Virus record (IMG/VR): IMGVR_UViG_3300045988_132725
DNA length: 64,000 nucleotides
Strand: one strand, 5' to 3'
Origin: a virus
Made by a program: the position numbers and the translations under genes. The notes beneath the pieces are model-generated. The model made no database searches, had not been told where the DNA came from, and saw nothing but the letters and a program-made list of their open reading frames with translations. This document shows positions 61,378-64,000 of the stretch, piece after piece; the stretch's first letter is position 1, and the number at the start of each line of letters is the position of its first letter.

Positions 61378-61611
61378 ATGAAAACAAATCTTACATCTGG
61401 TTTAATTGTCGCTATGGTAGAGCTTGCGAAATCTAACAACTATTGTGGTTGTATGCAATATTCGCTAACTCATGATTTATGTTTCTCGTGCGGTTTTAGT
61501 GCTAGTAATGTAAAGTTACTTAGTGCCCTTGTATCCGTATGTCTCGCTTCAAAGGTAAGTTTTGAGGTGAGTTATTCGGGACTTGGAGCCGTGAATTTTA
61601 GATGCGAATAA
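61378..61611 (+). CDS. Hypothetical Cys-rich small protein
   Basis: 77-aa ORF. Confidence 0.35.
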   Translation: MKTNLTSGLIVAMVELAKSNNYCGCMQYSLTHDLCFSCGFSASNVKLLSALVSVCLASKVSFEVSYSGLGAVNFRCE

Positions 61612-61614
61612 TAA

Positions 61615-61810
61615 AATAACTCCCCTTACCGGTCTATGATTCCGGTTGAAAATCGTTGAAGATTATAAGGGGACACTTCAGAGAAAGCCGAGAGGATTGC
61701 GCACATCCTACCAATATTAAGTATAGCGATCCCAGAGTACGTCAGGGGCGTTTGAACGTGACTTAACTGTTACGGCTCGGGATTGCTATATCCTTTCTTC
61801 TAGGATTGCG
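61615..61810 (+). other. Highly structured intergenic leader (candidate cis-regulatory RNA or sRNA)
   Basis: Nested helices can be read directly: CCCCTTA...TAAGGGG enclosing ACCGG-N9-CCGGT; AGGAT-N7-ATCCT; a long stem ATAGCGATCCCAGAG...CTCGGGATTGCTAT; and ATCCT-N7-AGGAT. Confidence 0.4.
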
Positions 61811-61856
61811 GAGTTGATATTGAGAGTAATAAATTAAAATAAAAGGAGAAAATAAT

Positions 61857-62081
61857 ATGAAGACGATACTATTAATGATTATGGGGCTTATTTGCTTTTG
61901 TGCGGTAAGTAGTTGGGAGTATTCTACCACTTTGGAGGAGAGAATGAATACTATTCCGGATTCGGTTTATGAGTATATAATATTGAAATTGGGAGACGAT
62001 GCTACAAATTCTCAAATTCTCTCATACTATGATAACCATAGAATTGAATGCGATCAAATAGAACTAGAGAATATGAATTAG
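61857..62081 (+). CDS. Small secreted/membrane-anchored protein
   Basis: 74 aa with N-terminal signal-like MKTILLMIMGLICFCAVSS. Preceded by an AAGGAG Shine-Dalgarno sequence. Confidence 0.45.
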   Translation: MKTILLMIMGLICFCAVSSWEYSTTLEERMNTIPDSVYEYIILKLGDDATNSQILSYYDNHRIECDQIELENMN

Positions 62082-62096
62082 ATAAAAAAGAAAACA

Positions 62097-62771
62097 ATGA
62101 AAAGAGAAGAAAATGCACTGATTTATGCTGATTGTAAATATAAGATTGGCGAGTTTGTATACGTTTTTGAGATGTTTGAGATCAAGAGAAGAAAGATATT
62201 GTCTATAACCTTTGGAGATAGCGCCCAGACATTAAAGAGAACCAGATTCGAGGAAGATCGGCATATTAAAAACGAGAAAGAGGTTTCTTATGTGTTAACT
62301 ACATATGAGACATATCATGAGAGTGAGTTATTTAAGACAAGGTTGGAGCTAGAGAATGGGCTGTTAAAATCTTTATTGCCTCAGCTTTGCGCAAGCTCTA
62401 TCTTGGAAATGATTAATGGCAATCAGGTTGTAAGAGAGACCATTATTAATCTTGCCATGTCCGAGAATATGAATATAATTAAGGCGAAAATCAAGAAAGA
62501 GGAAAAACCTAAGATCCTAAAAGAGATATACGCTGAGGAATTACCGAAAATTAGGGAAGAAATAGAACAAAAAGAACGCCCTAAGATTGTCGAGCGAATT
62601 ATACAGGAGGAAACGGCTATCATGGCTGATAAAATTACAAAGGAAATTAAAACTGAATCTTACAATAATGGTTGGGAGAATGGTTATGCGGAGGCTATCA
62701 AGAAAGTCAAGAATGATATTCCCAGTCAAATAAATGACTTAGTGGCGAACGTATTTGGATTAGTATCATAA
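62097..62771 (+). CDS. Hypothetical protein with Lys/Glu repeat tract
   Basis: 224 aa with a central KEEKPKILKEIYAEELPKIREEIEQKERPKIVERI periodic tract. Confidence 0.45.
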   Translation: MKREENALIYADCKYKIGEFVYVFEMFEIKRRKILSITFGDSAQTLKRTRFEEDRHIKNEKEVSYVLTTYETYHESELFKTRLELENGLLKSLLPQLCASSILEMINGNQVVRETIINLAMSENMNIIKAKIKKEEKPKILKEIYAEELPKIREEIEQKERPKIVERIIQEETAIMADKITKEIKTESYNNGWENGYAEAIKKVKNDIPSQINDLVANVFGLVS

Positions 62772-62782
62772 AAATTATAGTC

Positions 62783-63037
62783 ATGTCAGATAACAAGTTA
62801 GACGTAACGGTCATCCAGAAACCCGATCAATCATATATGGTCGCAATCACTTATATACATCTGGATCGCAACAAGGATAAAGAGAAGAGACAAATGGTAA
62901 GCGAGACAACCTATCGTTGGAACTCTCGATCAAAAGAGGTTATAGATTTCCTCAAGTTTAAGCGCACGAAAGTATTTTATTCCCAAGTTCGTGCCATGTG
63001 CAAGCATTACGGGCAAAGGGAATTTAGGAGGTATTAA
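62783..63037 (+). CDS. Hypothetical protein
   Basis: 84-aa ORF. Confidence 0.4.
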   Translation: MSDNKLDVTVIQKPDQSYMVAITYIHLDRNKDKEKRQMVSETTYRWNSRSKEVIDFLKFKRTKVFYSQVRAMCKHYGQREFRRY

Positions 63038-63149
63038 AGTAACGTGTCATAGATAATAATTAAATTGTTTATTGTGGCGGCTGGTTCGTGAGAATAGGCC
63101 GTTTAAAAAGATATTGTGTGTTTTTTATGGTATTATTTAGTAGTGTTTG

Positions 63150-63184
63150 CCACGATTGTCTGAGAAGATAGTCGTGGTTTTTTA
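63150..63184 (+). terminator. Intrinsic terminator
   Basis: Stem CCACGA / TCGTGG (63150-63155 / 63172-63177), followed by a T-run. Confidence 0.6.
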
Positions 63185-63266
63185 TTCTCTAATCGTGAAC
63201 ATGGGAGGGAGGTACGTATGTCATTCGATTGACATTAGAGAGCTTAATAATAAAATAGGATGTGAT

Positions 63267-63968
63267 ATGAAAACAATTTATTTAAGTCTGTATAAGTTCG
63301 ATGAATTATCGAAGGAAGCTCAACAAAATGTAATAGAAAAAGAGCGATGGAATATAATGTGGCAGTGTATGGATTGTTATGGTTCAGACTATAAAGCATC
63401 TTTAGAAAAGTTTGATACGTTGATGGGTACTGAGGCTTGTGATTATAGTGTTGATTATAGTGGTTACGATTTTAATTACAAAATCAATGATATGGTTATA
63501 TGTGTAAATCCTATTGATTGCGACAAGGATATTTACCCTAATAATTTATGTGGAAAATTATTGTTTAGGTATATCAATAACAATATTATGCCATATATCA
63601 CGAAGGGGAAATATTATTCTACAGGTAAATATATAGATGGAAAATATAATTACAAATGTAGGCGCAGTCGAGTAATGTTGGAATACAAAGACAATTGCCC
63701 ATTAACAGGGATGTGCTATGATTTTTATCTTCTTAAACCAATAATTGATTATTACGACACTTGGTGTACTTACCCGGAGAATTTTTCTTTAGAGGATCTA
63801 ATAGAAAAATGTTATAATAGTTTTTTCAAGACTTGGCATGAGGAATATGAGTATTGGGCTGATGATGAAGATGCGATACGTGAAGAGCTTCATTATAATC
63901 AGTATGAAGATCGACTCTATTATGAGAATGGGGATGTATATGTTGGACCATTAAATGAAATAGCATGA
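63267..63968 (+). CDS. Hypothetical protein
   Basis: Trimmed to ATG 63267 (MKTIYLSLYKFDELSKEAQQNVIEKE...), because the longer ORF would begin inside the terminator at 63150-63184. Confidence 0.5.
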   Translation: MKTIYLSLYKFDELSKEAQQNVIEKERWNIMWQCMDCYGSDYKASLEKFDTLMGTEACDYSVDYSGYDFNYKINDMVICVNPIDCDKDIYPNNLCGKLLFRYINNNIMPYITKGKYYSTGKYIDGKYNYKCRRSRVMLEYKDNCPLTGMCYDFYLLKPIIDYYDTWCTYPENFSLEDLIEKCYNSFFKTWHEEYEYWADDEDAIREELHYNQYEDRLYYENGDVYVGPLNEIA

Positions 63969-64000
63969 AAACACAAGAAGAATATGCTCGTGAGATTGAT
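63965..64000 (+). CDS. Start of a further ORF (runs off window)
   Basis: ATG at 63965 overlaps the previous stop (ATGA). It reads MKTQEEYAREID... Confidence 0.3.
   Translation, partial: MKTQEEYAREID

Noticed and set aside
61615-61810. Structured leader considered as a retron msr/msd or a ToxI-like antitoxin RNA.
   Set aside because: No reverse transcriptase lies nearby and there is no tandem-repeat organisation. It is kept only as a generic structured-RNA candidate.

Overview
The whole 64-kb window reads as one segment of a large contractile-tailed phage or prophage. The host looks Bacteroidota-type: TAnnTTTG -7 boxes, A-rich leaders mostly without Shine-Dalgarno, and a lipobox lipoprotein.

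Layout:
- 1-2133 (minus): nucleotide-metabolism genes (partial class II RNR, stand-alone ATP-cone, divergent ThyX-like) and a Rha regulator.
- 2717-39106 (minus): a tightly packed Mu-like morphogenesis block. In transcription order it runs portal, MuF-like, an unusual 6.8-kb cluster of fibre/Ig-like genes, ClpP-type protease-scaffold, capsid, sheath, tube, an A+T-rich glycosyltransferase cassette, tail chaperone with a -1 frameshift, tape measure, hub/spike/baseplate and fibres.
- 39437-50126 (plus): early/DNA block with M15 endolysin, dUTPase, several KilA/Bro/ANT/KilAC proteins, C5-methyltransferase, NAD-ligase and two short tyrosine-recombinase-like genes.
- 50.2-55.1 kb: accessory island with a PLD-like plus multi-TM pair, an APOBEC-like deaminase pair and a lipoprotein.
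- 55.2-57.5 kb: regulatory and iteron-like region with two XRE genes.
- 57.5-64 kb: small genes including YefM/YoeB, DUF4160/DUF2442 and VapD.

Most unusual signals:
- Two ORF-free tracts of about 1 kb (8859-9831 and 51990-53117). Each is headed on the minus strand by the same box that precedes the structural operons, and they share short sequence blocks in scrambled order.
- A recurrent bipartite box upstream of structural genes, contrasting with host-type TAnnTTTG promoters on every accessory cassette.
- Three self-contained accessory cassettes that are candidate defence or virion-modification systems.

I recognised no rRNA, tRNA, CRISPR array or transposase. All calls come from reading the sequence and from motif memory. 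No database search, folding or GC computation was run.
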